Positions 25,195 to 39,295 of a stretch of 64,000 nucleotides of DNA are shown here, piece by piece. A program made the translations under genes and the position numbers. The notes below the pieces were generated by a model. That model did not search any database. It worked only from the letters and a program-made list of their open reading frames with translations, and was not told the DNA's origin. The first letter of the stretch is position 1; the number at the start of each line of letters is the position of its first letter. Source of the stretch: Felis catus (Eukaryota); contig NC_058368.1 of the NCBI RefSeq assembly GCF_018350175.1, forward strand, positions 74,278,001-74,342,000. The letters run 5' to 3'.

Positions 25195-25270
25195 TTAACT
25201 TCATTTTATTTTTCTTAAGTTTTTTTTTTTTATTGAGAGAGAGAGAGAGAGAATGAAACAGGAAAAGAGG

Positions 25271-25315
<45 letters not shown>

Positions 25316-25441
25316 TCCTAAGCAAGATCTGCACGGTCAGCTCAGAGCCTGACACGGGTGTCAGTAATGGGAACTGAAAGATCACGACCTGCACCAAAAT
25401 CAAGAGGCAGACGCTGAACTAGCTGAGCCACTCAAGCACCC
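25195..25441 (-). mobile_element. CanSINE (diverged)
   Basis: T-rich tail, (GA)n, and CTGAGCCACTCAAGCACCC end. Confidence 0.9.
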
Positions 25442-25817
25442 TGGTTCTGACTTTTTAAAAATCAGGTTCTTTGATTTTTTTTTTTTTTTCTGTTTTGGAT
25501 CCTTATTTACTTTTTTCCTATGTTAGTCAAGCAAACTGTCCGCTTGGAAAAATGAAGTTAGATTCTTCACCGTTTTCACCTGCTTGGAAAAAGAACAATC
25601 TGTATTACTTCGGAAAAGGCTTGTGATAGACCCGCCTTTATATTGTCACTGAAAACACAGTAACCACTAAGAAAATAATAACATAAATCAGAATACGGTG
25701 GGCATTGTATTCTCTTAAGAGAAAGTAAATATAAGGGGTGTGAATATAGCGATGGAATAAAAGACAAGTTTACTTAAGTGAGTGAGTCGGTAGGAGGCTT
25801 AAAAGTTGGTACTCTCT

Positions 25818-26026
25818 GGGGTGCCTGGGTGGCTCAGTGGGTTAAGCATCTGACTCTTGGTTGTGGCTCAGGTCACCATCTCGTGGTGTGTGAGTTCGAG
25901 CCCCGCCTAGGGCTCTGTGTTGACAGTGCAGAAACTGCTTGGGATTCTCTCTCCCTCTGTCTCTCTGCCTGTCCTCTCTCTGTCTCTCTAAATAAATAAC
26001 TAAATAAGCAAACAAACACTAAAAAA
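25818..26026 (+). mobile_element. CanSINE
   Basis: TSD AAA(A/G)GTTG(G/A)TACT(C/A)TCT at 25801-25817 and 26027-26043. Confidence 0.95.
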
Positions 26027-26572
26027 AAAGGTTGATACTATCTGTGAACCTAAGATAAAACACATCTGAGAAGGGTTCCTTTTTTTATTTTGACAAAGCT
26101 GATAAATTAACTTTATAAGTCAAATTACAATTTAAAGAATTTTTAATGGCGTCAATGTATTTCTAATTCAGAAAGACCTTTCCAGTTGTATTCTTTGCTT
26201 TTCTACACGCGGGTGTGGATTTTCCGCACAGGTACGTAGAAAGTGGGAACGTGAATCGTGGGCTGAGGCGTTTACTCTTTCTATCTGTGCAGGCCAAGTA
26301 GAATTAAAGCCTCAATTCCTATCCAATCTTATTGTTTTCCTTCCATACACATACAGACATTGCACTTGTTGTTGTCGTTGTATTTGCAAGGTTAGACCGT
26401 GTTGCTATGCAGCTTTGGTTCCTAGTTTTGATCCAAACTCTTCATTCAAAGAAAGCATATTTCTCATTTTTTTTGTATGCAATGTCTGTCTTCCCTCCTC
26501 CCTCTCCCCCTCTCTAGCATATCCATGGATTGCTAGAACATGATTAGAAATTGTGTTTCATGATGCCTCTAC

Positions 26573-26980
26573 CAGTCTGGTGGTCTCAGTTTTGCTATGG
26601 TAAAAGCAACAACCTCCTGATTTCAGCGGCTTAAAGTATCAAAGTTTTTATTCTTGTTCTTGCCGTGCATCTAACAAGGGTCATTGGGGATTCCCTTCTG
26701 CATCACAGCCACTTTGGGTTTGGGTCCTGTGCTGAGGGGACACCCAACTCTCTGAAACATTGTCTCAGTGGGCAAGGAAAAGAAAGACTAGTCATTGCAC
26801 ACGGCCCTTTAACTATTCTACCAAAAGTGGCTCTTACACGTCCACTCACATTTCACTGGCCACAGAAGTTTACCTGACAACTCCTTCCTTGCAGGCCAAA
26901 GAAAACAAGGTTATTTCCTTGCTCTGATGGAAAGTTCAAAATATTTGTGGGTCACATCAATGCAACGTTGACTATCACTG
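26573..26980 (-). mobile_element. MaLR LTR (MLT1J-like)
   Basis: TTTCAGCGGCTTAAAG...CACTCACATTTCACTGGCCA...AAATATTTGTGG...GACTATCAC. Confidence 0.65.
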
Positions 26981-28170
<1,190 letters not shown>

Positions 28171-28277
28171 TTTTCATTTCATCTTTACTCCCAACCCCTT
28201 AGTGCATTTATGCCTAGCCGCTCGTGCCCCGGCTCTGAAGATCATTTCAGTGGCTGCAAACTGGCAATGCGACGATG

Positions 28278-28560
28278 AATTAGTCAGGGTTCTTGGTTGC
28301 CGGGAACCAAAGTTGAATCTGGCCGATCAAGCAGAAATGGCGGTTAGTAAAAGAATACTGGGTGGCTCACAGTCTGTTTGGCATGCGAGAACCAAGCTTC
28401 CAGCGAAGTTTCTGGGAATCACACCCAAATCCTTCCTGCAGAATTTAACCTGTGTGGCATAATGGTGCTGCTGTCACCCCACGGGGCGACGTGGAAGGTG
28501 CCATGAATGTCACCACCTGACCGAAAGTGGGTCTGTGCCGGGGGGGGGAGTGTTTATTTT
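28278..28560 (-). mobile_element. Old MaLR LTR fragment (MLT1L/N-like)
   Basis: TTAGTCAGGGTTCTTGGTTGC...AAGCAGAAA...GGGTGGCTCACAG. Confidence 0.5.
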
Positions 28561-28790
28561 ACTTTTATTTTTAAATTTTTTTAATGTTTACTTTTGAGAG
28601 AGAGAGAGAGAGAGAGAGGTAGGGTGCAAGTGGGGGGTGGGCAGAGAGAGGGAGACACAGAATCGGAAGCAGGCTCCAGGCTCTGAGCGGTCAGCGCAGA
28701 GCCCGACATGGGGCTCGAACCCAAGAGCCTGTGAGATCATGACCTGAGCCGAAGTCGGACGCTTAACTGACTGGGCCACCCAGGTGTCCC
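28557..28790 (-). mobile_element. CanSINE
   Basis: Full antisense copy; degenerate TSD TGTGYCRGGG..TGTTTA. Confidence 0.95.
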
Positions 28791-29154
28791 TGTGTCAGGG
28801 TGTTTAGAATGCTGCTGCCGGGTCATCGGATGCCCCAACCACTACGACACTCAGGAGCAAAATGAATTTTGCCTGGGTCTATATCCAAAATCTATAAAGC
28901 TGAGTGGTTTACTTCGGAGTTCAAGTTCTTGAGAAGTTTTCTGGATCATGTTGCGCAGAAGTCAACCCGTAAATATGGAGATTGATGAACCATAACAAAG
29001 GTGTTCACGAATTACCGTGTAGGGGGAATAAATCACACCCACGATCTCATCTTGTTCTCAGCAGTCATACTGAAGGTTGGGTGGGTCTCTCCTAACACTG
29101 AAAAACTTCCCAAAACCCAGCATACAGGTTCTGGAATTTTATAAGAAACTATTA

Positions 29155-29340
29155 TTTTTTAAGTTGATTTATTTATTCTTGAGAGAGAGAGAGGCGGGGG
29201 GGGGGGGAGGGGAGAGAGAATCCCAAGCAGGCTCCGCTCTGTCAGCGCAGAGCCCGACGTGGGGCTCAAACCCATGAACAGTGAGATCATAATCGGAGCC
29301 AAACTCGGTCACCCAACCAACTGAGCCACCCAGGCGCCCC
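29155..29340 (-). mobile_element. CanSINE
   Basis: Ends CTGAGCCACCCAGGCGCCCC; flanks begin ATAAGA. Confidence 0.93.
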
Positions 29341-29429
29341 ATAAGACGTCCTTTATTAACTAGCTACCATTGGGCAGTTTTCAAAGGAGGGTTATTCCTC
29401 ACCGGCATCCATGCCTAAGTGTGGTAGCA

Positions 29430-29640
29430 CATTACTAATAATGACGTTCGTGTGCACAACACTGTTTTCGTATCCACTTTCTCATTCCACCTTTACTACA
29501 GCTCTTTGATGTGCTATGACTACTTTCACTTAACAGAACAGAAAAGAAGCACAGAGAGGCTTTGTGACTTGGCTCGGAGTTCAATTTTGCTACATGGCAG
29601 AGCTGAGAATTGAGTGCAAACTTTGGACCCTAAAACTCGC
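29430..29640 (-). mobile_element. MIR
   Basis: GAAGCACAGAGAGGCTTTGTGACTTGGCTC...GGCAGAGCTGAGAATTGA. Confidence 0.55.
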
Positions 29641-30255
29641 ATTCACAGACTAGATCGCAATTATGCGTTGATGCTAGAAGGAGAGGGGGCTGAGAAGGAA
29701 GGAGACAGAGGGGGGCAAAGCTTCAGTGTATGTTTTGGTGGATGGGAGGCAGGGTCAAAGTGAAGTAGAAGGAAGAGAGATGTGGATTCTCTGTGTCAGG
29801 ATGGGGTACTGAGAAATCCAAATTATCTGCATCAGAGTGCAAGTCCACAGAAGGGGGAAAAATGGATGTAGGAAGGGAAATAAAATGAATGAACATTATA
29901 TACCTCATAATTAGCTGAGGACTTCTGGCTCTCTTTTCTAGAATTTCATGTGTCCGTAAAATTTGATGCACTCTAGTATTACACTCGGTCTCCTTCCTTA
30001 AAGATACTCTGGCTTTTCTTTTCAAATACAGTTTGTCCTCCCCTATAGTGTTAACGAGTTGTCTCAATATTAGCCTTGTTCAGGAGTAGCACTTGTTGGC
30101 AGTTTTAAGATTCACTCATGTCGTTACACAGTTGAAAACATGGTTTTAAAATGCAGGTTACTTCACCGTGGACACCTTGTGCCCAGCGGCTCTCGTGTTC
30201 TTGTTTTGTGGCTCCAGTCCCCAGCTGAGGGCATTGTGACTTCCCCAAACAAATA

Positions 30256-30495
30256 CAGCAAAACTTTGATTGCGAGGAACTTGCTCTGTGAGTGTTCCAT
30301 GAGACCAGCAAACATTTCTAATAAATTTTAACTTGATAAACGAGCGACGTCTTGCAATACGAGTAGTACGTGTCCCTGAATGTCACGTGATCACAACTGA
30401 GCCAGTGGTTCTTGAAATTCGCTTTGATATACGAGTGCTTTGGATTACAAGCATGTTTCCAGAACAAGTTAAGCTTGCAAACCAAGGCCTTACTG
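30256..30495. mobile_element. 240-bp non-autonomous Tc1/mariner-Tigger-type MITE
   Basis: TA on both sides (30254-55 and 30496-97); imperfect ~35-bp TIRs CAGCAAAACTTTGATTGCGAGGAACTTGCTCTG / CAGAACAAGTTAAGCTTGCAAACCAAGGCCTTACTG. Confidence 0.8.
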
Positions 30496-31281
30496 TATTT
30501 GTTTTTCAGCAAAGGTATATAAGGTTTCTGTAAAAAATGAAGTAAAAGGTGATGACAATAGTAATTTCAGTGTGAACTCATCTCTCGGATACAGTGCATG
30601 AGGAAAAGTTCAACCGTTCGAATTGATTTTCTGGGTAAAGAAAATTGGGAACTTTTTCAGTGGTCCACTTCTGGCTACTATCCCCCTTTGTCCTGACATT
30701 GACTCATCTACGGATTGTGCCCCTGCCTACGTCATCAGTTTCCGTTAGACATACATATTGAAATCACCAAGCGGACGAGAGCAGGAGCACACAACTACTA
30801 AGAAGCTAGAAGTCTAGCATGGTTTACGGGACAGCTCATGAGAGATCCTGCAGCCCTCAGGAGTGCTCACATTTCCCAGCATGGGTTGGGAGGCACAGTA
30901 GTCAGTTACTTACGCCTCCGATAAAGCGACAGCTTCTTCGTCTTCCGACAATTAGGTGTCTGCTCTTTTTCAAACCCACCCTGTTGTTAAACAAAGATGT
31001 TACTACGTATTATGGTATGATAGTTCCAATTTATCTGTCATATTATATTTCTTAATGAGATTTACTTAGACTTTGGGGTCAGATAGATTAAATTATGATT
31101 TTTAAATGCCAAATTTAATTTGGTCCTAAAAAGATTTCTTCTCTGAGAGAGAAGCTTATTATGTTTATTATGTTGACCTTTTCACTATATGTCTGTGATT
31201 TTTATTTTTGTTTATTCCATAACGAATTTCAGACTCAGGGTGTCTTGACACGTCCATCACGTATGAAGCCTGTTGACTACA

Positions 31282-31283
<2 letters not shown>

Positions 31284-31314
<31 letters not shown>
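31284..31314. repeat. (TG)n microsatellite
   Basis: Read directly. Confidence 0.95.
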
Positions 31315-31315
<1 letters not shown>

Positions 31316-32249
31316 TGTTATTTCCATGGTGAGCTATGCATTCACTTCATATTCATACAGCTTTTGTTTCTTTAACTTCCCTGAAATCCCTAGTCTTATT
31401 ATTGAGCCTGCCCAGGAGAGTTTTTCCCCGGTATCTATGCTTCATTTGGTTATCTTATTTACCATGATGATGCATTGTCTTTTTTATGCAGATGATATAC
31501 TGATTTATCTCTTTCAGTGAACTTTTCTGCAGCAATTTCAAAGCTGTCAGACTGGCAGACTAAGATTAAAGACCAAAAAGCCCAGCATTTCCACAACAAA
31601 GTGCACACAAACACCAGAGCCAGCTAGAGATCTTTCCTTGATTTAACAATCTTTTGGTTGTGACTTCTTTTTTTTTTTTTTTTTATGGGAACAGACTCTT
31701 CTGTAGAAGAAGTGCAAAGCCAAGGTCATGCTGAAATGGACTCTAGAGGTGTTCCAGGGGGATATGATTCACCAGTTGCTTAAATGTTTCATTTAACTTC
31801 TAAGGAACATTGATCAACCATGACTATTGTTCTTTGGGACTGATTTATAAGTACAGGAATAGCCTAAGAGCATCACATTACTAGATTAAATATCAGGGGA
31901 TGAGTAGGAAAAATGTTAAGAGAGAGGAAAAAAAAAACCCAGAACATTCTGAGGTGAGAAGTATTTCCATTACCATCTTCTCGACACATTGGAGTAGTAA
32001 GGGCCTGATTTTTGCCTTTTTAAAAATTCTCATTGTACCCTTTCTCTCCAGGCCATCAAAGTCATTCTTACTGCTTTAAGTGTCATCAGTATTTTCTGAT
32101 GCCTAAACTTGCATTGCCATTCATGATGTGTTTTCTGAGATGCTCACTTACATAATAATATCTTATTTGAATATGTGTAGATGTCATCACTCTCTGTCAT
32201 GTGACAGACGTGCTGTAAACTAGCGTGTGTTGGGTCTAGTGTTTCTCAT

Positions 32250-33000
32250 CTCCAGTAAATTTCACATCTAGCCAACTAATTGCTGATCACAACACCTAAG
32301 AATTTTCCTTGACACTTCCCACATAAGTCACTAGTAGGCTGGTTGATTTCACGTACAAAACATTCTCCCGAATCATCTGCTTCTCTATGATTTCAGTGCT
32401 CGCCCTCTATTTTGATATATTAGCGTCTCTTATCTGGCTTATTGACTTCCCATTTCATTCCTGCCTGGCTTTAATCTCTTTGCTACATAATAACCAGAAA
32501 TATATTTTGAAAGGCTAAGGCCTACTTATTATTGCCGTGAATACTACCCCGTCACTCTGTTTTTACACTCAGTATAAAAGCTAAACCCCTGCACAAAGCT
32601 AAACCCCTATTCCCAGGTCTTCCTAGTGAATCTCAGCATACAATCTATTTGTCTCTTAGTTTGCTTATCTTTAAAGTGAGGAAATTAAAGGTGAAAATAC
32701 ATTTCTCACGGAGTTTTCTAGAAAATCATACCAGCTAACTATGGAAGCAATTAAATCGTGTTTCAAACATAGCAAGCCCCATATAAGGATTTGCTATTGT
32801 CCTTGACTTGACCTCCCAAGCCTGGAATAATTCTGCCTCTGCTTTTCCCTTGAATCTCACCTTGTACCATTCTCCTGCTCACTGAGACCCAGCCGTGTTG
32901 CCTTTTATTTGGCGATTTATGATTTATTCAATTAATCTCATCAGCCAGATTCTTCCCTATTCTCCTGCCAGTACTCCTCAGATTAAATACCAACTAAAGA
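32250..33000 (+). mobile_element. L2 fragments with an embedded MIR piece at about 32620-32800
   Basis: Degenerate L2-like text; MIR-like TCTTAGTTTGCTTATCTTTAAAGTGAGGA. Confidence 0.45.
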
Positions 33001-33887
33001 ATTAAAAATTACACCCTAGAAACTAAATTCTTTCATTTGCTCTGGTTCCTACAAGTCAGTGAGTGAGACTGCCCTTGGGCCAGAACAGGGAAAGGGGTGG
33101 GAAGGACCGCCCCTCCCACTCTCTTGCTCATAGTGGCCTTAGTCCTGGTTCTATATCCAGAAAGACAAAACTGCCTGAAGTTATTGTTGCCCATCCAGCC
33201 TTGTTAGGGTGTCATCCTCAGGTCAATGTCCGAACAGAACGTAGAAAAGAAAAACAAAGAAAACCAAACAACAAAAAACCCTGGGATCTCACCCCAAAAG
33301 TTGCTTCTTCAGCCTTTGACTTTACAGTCAATTTGATTTTGCTTGCTTTTTAGATGAGAAGACTATTCTAGGTAGTTTCTTTTTATATTTTCCCGGCATT
33401 TTGAAGTGTAGTGAGCTTACTCCTTCTTAGATAATACTGGAAGTTCGTGCAACGCATTCTAAAATTCAAATACTCTAAATTATTTTATCCCGAGTTACCT
33501 GGTGGATTTCATAATTGTACAAAATATTTGTAACGCTAGTACATTTGATTCCAAAGTACTGAAAAGCCTTCAGTATCTAGAACTCCTATTTTTAGAAAAC
33601 AGTCTTAGCCGTGATAACTTATACCAGATAGACCCACAAAAGTACTAGAAGAAAGTGGGCACACTGGTCAGCTTTATAGATTTTTAGAGCTTCTACTCTT
33701 CGCTTAGATATCCTGCATAACAGGAAGGTATGGTATGGCCCAAGTGTGAGCTTTCTGGGCAATCTGTAGACGAAATGTAAATATAACATTTTCCTAATAT
33801 TGAAGGATAGAAATGAATAGAAACGACAATAATATTTGTTTCCTTTAATCCAATGGATTATCTTGCACATCTCTTGAAATGATGTTA

Positions 33888-34070
33888 CTGGTTAAAAGCA
33901 TACACTTTGGAGTCAGAAAAAAGTGGGTTCAAATCCTAACTTGGCATTTATTCGCTGTGTGCCCAGGGCTGAATTCCTTGCTCTAAATGTCAGTTACTTC
34001 GTCTGTAATATATGGATTGTTGTAATGATCATAGGAGATAAGATACATGCATTATATTGCACAAAACCCA
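33888..34070 (+). mobile_element. MIR
   Basis: TGGTTAAAAGCATACACTTTGGAGTCAGA...GGGTTCAAATCCTAACTT. Confidence 0.7.
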
Positions 34071-34274
34071 TCACAAGTGATTTCTCTCCCTGTACGTATC
34101 TCTATATACACACACATTAATATTTACATATTATATAATATATATAAAATCACACACAATATATTGATTGTTACAAAAGGTATCAGTCACTACTCAGAGC
34201 TGTTAAAACTTTGTGAACTGAAATTACTACATATTTAAAGTAAGAGTGATTAACACTACTGACCCCCCGTCCCT

Positions 34275-34656
34275 GGCAGATTGGATCTTGTCAACTCAGC
34301 CTTTTGCCACCTCCCTTTGGTTTTCCCTTCACATCACTGCGTGAGGCCTGAGATTACATTGCCCTAACATCTCTTGATTCCTAAATATTATAGGGAGCCA
34401 AAAAGGGAGGCTCTGGTCAGGTGGTTCAGCTCATCAGTGGTAATTTCTTTTGACTCCCAATCTCTCCTCAACTACTTGTGCGAATACGTGGGGTCATCAG
34501 GTAAAGTCTCTATGATCCCTGATTCCTGAAAGCAGTCACTGGCCTGCACTCCCCTTAACTCCTTCCATTGCTGTAAGTTCCATGTATTAAATCTACGTCT
34601 AACAAAAACAACCAGGGAAACACTCTGGATTTGCCAGTCTTACCCTGACTGATACA
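34275..34656 (+). mobile_element. ERVL-class solo LTR (LTR33/LTR16-like)
   Basis: Ends ATTAAA...ACCCTGACTGATACA, the usual old ERVL LTR terminus. Confidence 0.55.
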
Positions 34657-36027
34657 TGCTCACTGAAGATTCCAGCAGACAAGAGCAAATATTGTGCTAC
34701 CATCGGAGACCTTTTCTCTTTTCCCACTTTCTTTCCTTCTGGGGGAAAAAAATCTCATTTCTTATCTGAATTACGATGCATTTTTCTTTTGTATTATCTT
34801 TCCAAGACGTAACGAAACCATGTTGAGACTCTAACACGTGAAAAATTTGAATACAAGGTCATATCATTTATTTGTGTGATTATATTAGCAGTTTTGGTTA
34901 TAAACTTATATGCACAAAAGGAGCCCATTTGAGGAAAAGAAAGTATGTGTAGGTTTGTTGCCGTTTGTTTTTCTGGAATGCTCTTTTGAGAAGGTTGTTT
35001 TTAAAGTAGGGATGCTATTACAATGACAGTACTTCTCAAGAAACTGTCAGTTGAAAAAATAACAGAGCGTCCTCATTCATGAAACAGTACTAAGTACTAA
35101 TAAGACAGCTCTGGCTATCTGATTAACCTGCTGTAGATCTCATCACGAAGGAAAACTAATGAAATGAAAAAATGGAGCTTATTCTGGTTTAGTTTCCAAA
35201 GGATCTCTAATGGAGAATGAGAGAGAGCCCCCAGAATTGCACTCAGAAAACATGGGACAGAATATGCTATCATTTGAAAGGTTTTAATGCAAAGAATTTT
35301 AATGAGGAATATGGGTAATGAAAAAATATAATTTAATGTACGAATTAGGATCTCGAGGGGAAAGCGACTCCAAGTACCAGATTAACCTCATGACTTTCAT
35401 TGCAAGCCAGGGTCACTATTCCTGGAGGAAGCCATAAAGGCAGCCCTAGGCTACAGTGAGACAAGATATCTGATTCCCCAAGAAGCCAAGACCAGGGAAA
35501 TGATAATAAAGTTTCTAATGTTTATTGCCTGGGGAAAGATCTTCAAAGATGGCGTGAAGCCAAAAATAAATTACTTTTTAAACAAATCCCTGAACTTGTG
35601 CTCTCAGTGGCTTCCCTTTCGTGTCTTGTCAAATGTCTCTAGCTTGATAGCCCACTTCATATTGAGACTGGTGCATCCATAATTTACCTTAGGCCTGAGA
35701 GAGAAAATGCTTTCTCGTACTTCCCATTCAGAAATTGTCCTAAGAAACAACAGCGATACCGCTAACAAGACCTAGGCCAGAAACTAGTAATGGCAATTAC
35801 TGTGCACATTTATTTCCACCTCAAAATGTCTCACTCTGGAGAAGAAAAAGGGGACAGAGTAAACTGTTTCAAAATGTAGCTGTTGTTTCTTTTTCTCTTT
35901 TTCTCTACCATATTTAGCAAAGACATAAATTGTATAACACAACATATACTGAATAAAATTCCATATACATACCACTTATTCCAGAGTGTTTTGGTAAGTC
36001 CTTTAAAACTCATTGACATTAATATGA

Positions 36028-36044
36028 GTCTGATATATTATATC

Positions 36045-36079
<35 letters not shown>

Positions 36080-36162
36080 TATATATATCAGATATATAGA
36101 TAGATAGATAGATAGATAGATAGAGATATCAGATATATATATTATATGTCTGATATATTATA
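36028..36162. repeat. (TA)n/(GATA)n compound microsatellite with TCTGATAT/ATATCAGA units
   Basis: Read directly. Confidence 0.9.
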
Positions 36163-36639
36163 AGAGTTTTTTTTTTGTAGTTTCAATATGTGTCCCAGGT
36201 CAAATCCGATAAACCAGAAATACAATGGATAGTTTATCACCCCATAGAATTTAAATTCATACAGAATCTTTTTGCAGGCACACCCTATAATAAGCAAAAC
36301 TTACATTATTATTCACAAAGAAGTGGGGAGTTGTAATTTTAATGGATATGAAATTAGTGACCTTGTACTGTCAAGACTGTATCAGTTGCTAAAAACAACA
36401 TGATACAAAACAAAACTGTGCCAATACCCTATCATCAGGATGGAGTAGGTCTTTATTTAGGAAAGAGCAAAGGGGAAGCAATTAACCGGCATATTGCAGC
36501 TGAAAATATAAAGAAGTCACACTTTTCATCTGAGCTATGTATAACTCTCTCTTATTGCAGGTGTTTTCAGAATCTCCATTGTCTTTGCTATAAATAGAAT
36601 TTGATTAGATGAGACAAAAAAAAAAAAAAAAACTGTATG

Positions 36640-36870
36640 CAATGCCTTCTAGGTTATGAAGAAAGTATTTTCTACCAAAAAGTCTATGCTATTCAAATCA
36701 GTAATCAAGACTGCTGGGAGAATATAGGCATTTTCAAACATTCAAGGATGTATAAAATTTGGGTCCTTCCTATTAACCCTTCCTTAGAAAGCCACCTGAG
36801 GTAATAGTCTTGCAAAACGGGAGGGTAAAAGTAGCAAGAGGAAGTCAGATGACTCAGGGGATTATTGAAG
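36640..36870 (+). mobile_element. HAL1-like (half-L1) fragment
   Basis: GGCATTTTCAAACATTCAAGG...CCCTTCCTTAGAAAGCCACCTGAGG...CAAAACGGGAGGGTAAA. Confidence 0.5.
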
Positions 36871-36947
36871 GCAACAAAATTTCAGTCCGCTGTAAGTGGG
36901 CAATAGTGTGTGGGCCAAAATAACAACGCCAGGAAAACTCCATAGTA

Positions 36948-37433
36948 CAGTGGTTCTCCTCCCTGCCCCCCCAGCAAATCAGCAGACTCGCTTCCTGCAA
37001 TTTCAGCTATTCCAGGTCAACTGCAGCCCGGAAGCAGATGATCCTCCTTCTGACACACCAGCAGAAAGTCAGTCCTAGCCTAGCCATGTCACAACACCTA
37101 TATCGTTTCCTCACTTAATGTTGTCACGTCGGCCTTGTATCATCTCACCTCATCGCCGGAAGAAGGGCAAGCAGACACTTTGAGAATGAGAGAGAGAGAG
37201 AGAGAGATCACATTCACACAACTTTTATTACAGTACATTGTTATGGTAACTCTATTTTATTACTAGTTATTGTTGTTCATCTCTTTCTGTGCCTAATTTA
37301 TTAGTTAAACTTCATCATTCGTATGTCTGTATAGGAGAAAACGCAGTGCTTATAGAGCTCGGTACCACTTGTGGTTTGGGGCATCCACTGGGGGTCTTGG
37401 AATATATTCCCCAGGCATAAGGAGGGACTACTG
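36948..37433. mobile_element. Tigger2-family non-autonomous DNA transposon
   Basis: TA-CAGTGG start; GGAAGCAGATGATCCTCCTTCTGAC; CATCCACTGGGGGTCTTGGAA...ATAAGGAGGGACTACTG end. Confidence 0.85.
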
Positions 37434-38679
37434 TTTCAATCTAAAATTCACGTGACATCGTCCATAAAAATAAACCAGTAAATTACTTAAGTAAACATAA
37501 ACAATATTAAATAAATAAATAAATAAATAAGCAACTATAAACCTCAGGATAAACTTCAATGTATCGGTTTTGATAAAATAAGCAAAAGGCTTTAGAAATG
37601 TTAGGATAGAAATTTAAAGAAAACTAAAATACAGCTTCATTTTGAGCAACTCATTGAATATCATTATGAGACAAGATTTATCCTGACCGTGTGACATTAT
37701 CTTTAAAAAGTAGCCAAAGTGCTTAAGAATGGAAAATAAATTTCTTAGTTCTGGTCTGTAGTTCCCATATCATTTGTTAATTTCCAATTAAATTCCCCAA
37801 AGTCTCTTCTCCAAAGAACAATTATTTAATCTCAATTTCCCAAACTTTGATCTTCAATTCCTAAGAGAAATTCCTCCTTGGCCTCTATTTAAATAAAAAG
37901 GCAGATGCTATCCAGAGAAAACTGCCTGTATTTCCTTTCACTTATCTCAGAAAGCCTGTTCACCTCACCACCATTCATTGTTTTCTTTCTCTTCTGCTCT
38001 GTTCCTAAGACTATTATTCTTACATAAGTGCCCTGGTTGGATCTCAACCACCTGACCTCCTTCTAAACACAATTCCCTGTATTTGGGCCTCAGTCTTGGC
38101 CTGACCATCTCCTTTCCTGCCCGCTAACATGCTCCAATACTGTTTGTCCGATTTGCATTTTTCAGACGGCCTGTTTCTTGCTTTTCCCTTGTCATACCCA
38201 ATCTTGTAATAAGGAAGGCACACACTTGTTGCCTATAGTTTCTTACCTTTTGAACTCATTGGATAACCTTTCAACATTTGACACTTATCTCCACTGACCT
38301 CAAGAAACTACTTTTCTATAGGGTAATAATGGCCCTACCAATACTGCACAAAAATAATTTCTCTTAGGCTTATCCTCATTTACTCCCTCAGTGCAGCAGT
38401 TTTGATCACTCAGTCATGAGTGAAATTCTCTTTCCACACTATATCACCAATTTATCCTTGTGCCTTTTTGAACATAGCTTCTTTGTTGCCATTGTTCATT
38501 CTTCTTATTCCTCTTCAACTCTATATGATGTCCCTTCATAAGTTTCTTCCCCGTAGTTTTTCCTATATCTATGTTCTCGCCTTTTCTCTCCACAAGGAGA
38601 TATCTTCACTTACGCTTTTGTAGTTCTAGTGCTGCATGAGAAAGCAGAAACATATTTTAATTCACCTTATCCAGTATTT

Positions 38680-38895
38680 TTTTTTTTTCAACGTTTATTT
38701 ATTTTTGGGACAGACAGACAGAGACAGAGCATGAACGGGGGAGGGGCAGAGAGAGAGGGAGACACAGAATCTGAAACAGGCTCCAGGCTCCGAGCCATCA
38801 GCCCAGAGCCTGACGCGGGGCTCGAACTCACGGACCGCGAGATCGTGACCTGGCTGAAGTCGGACGCTTAACCGACTGCGCCACCCAGGCGCCCC
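38680..38895 (-). mobile_element. Young felid CanSINE
   Basis: TSD CCTTATCCAGTATTT at 38665-38679 and 38897-38911. Confidence 0.97.
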
Positions 38896-39106
38896 TCCTT
38901 ATCCAGTATTTAACTCGTTATATTTCACCACCAAACCGCTTTCTCCTGCTGACTATTTATCTCTGTTTACTCTTCCATCAACTAAGCTTAAGACACCATG
39001 GGGGCAATTTTCTCTCCTTGGTCCTTCTCCTGCAAAACATGCATCTATTGGATTAGTCCCATTGTTCGTGTGCTCACAGCTCCTTGGGCAGTTAACTTCT
39101 GCTTTT

Positions 39107-39295
39107 CTTTTTGTTTAATTAAGTTTATTTATTTTTTCAGAAAGACAGAGAGAGAGAGAGAGACAGAATCCCCAGCAGGCTCTGTACTGCCAGCACAGAG
39201 CCTGATGTGGGACTCAAACTCACGAACCTTGAGATCATGACCTGAGCCAAAGCCCAAGAGTTGGACGTTTAACCAACTGCGCCACCCAGGCACCT
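39107..39295 (-). mobile_element. CanSINE (older)
   Basis: Antisense body; flanks share CTTCTGCTTTT. Confidence 0.92.

Noticed and set aside
25576..25660. 69-nt open minus-strand exon candidate (DNIKAGLSQAFSEVIQIVLFPS)
   Set aside because: Weak donor (GTGAAA), unrecognised peptide and no partner exons.
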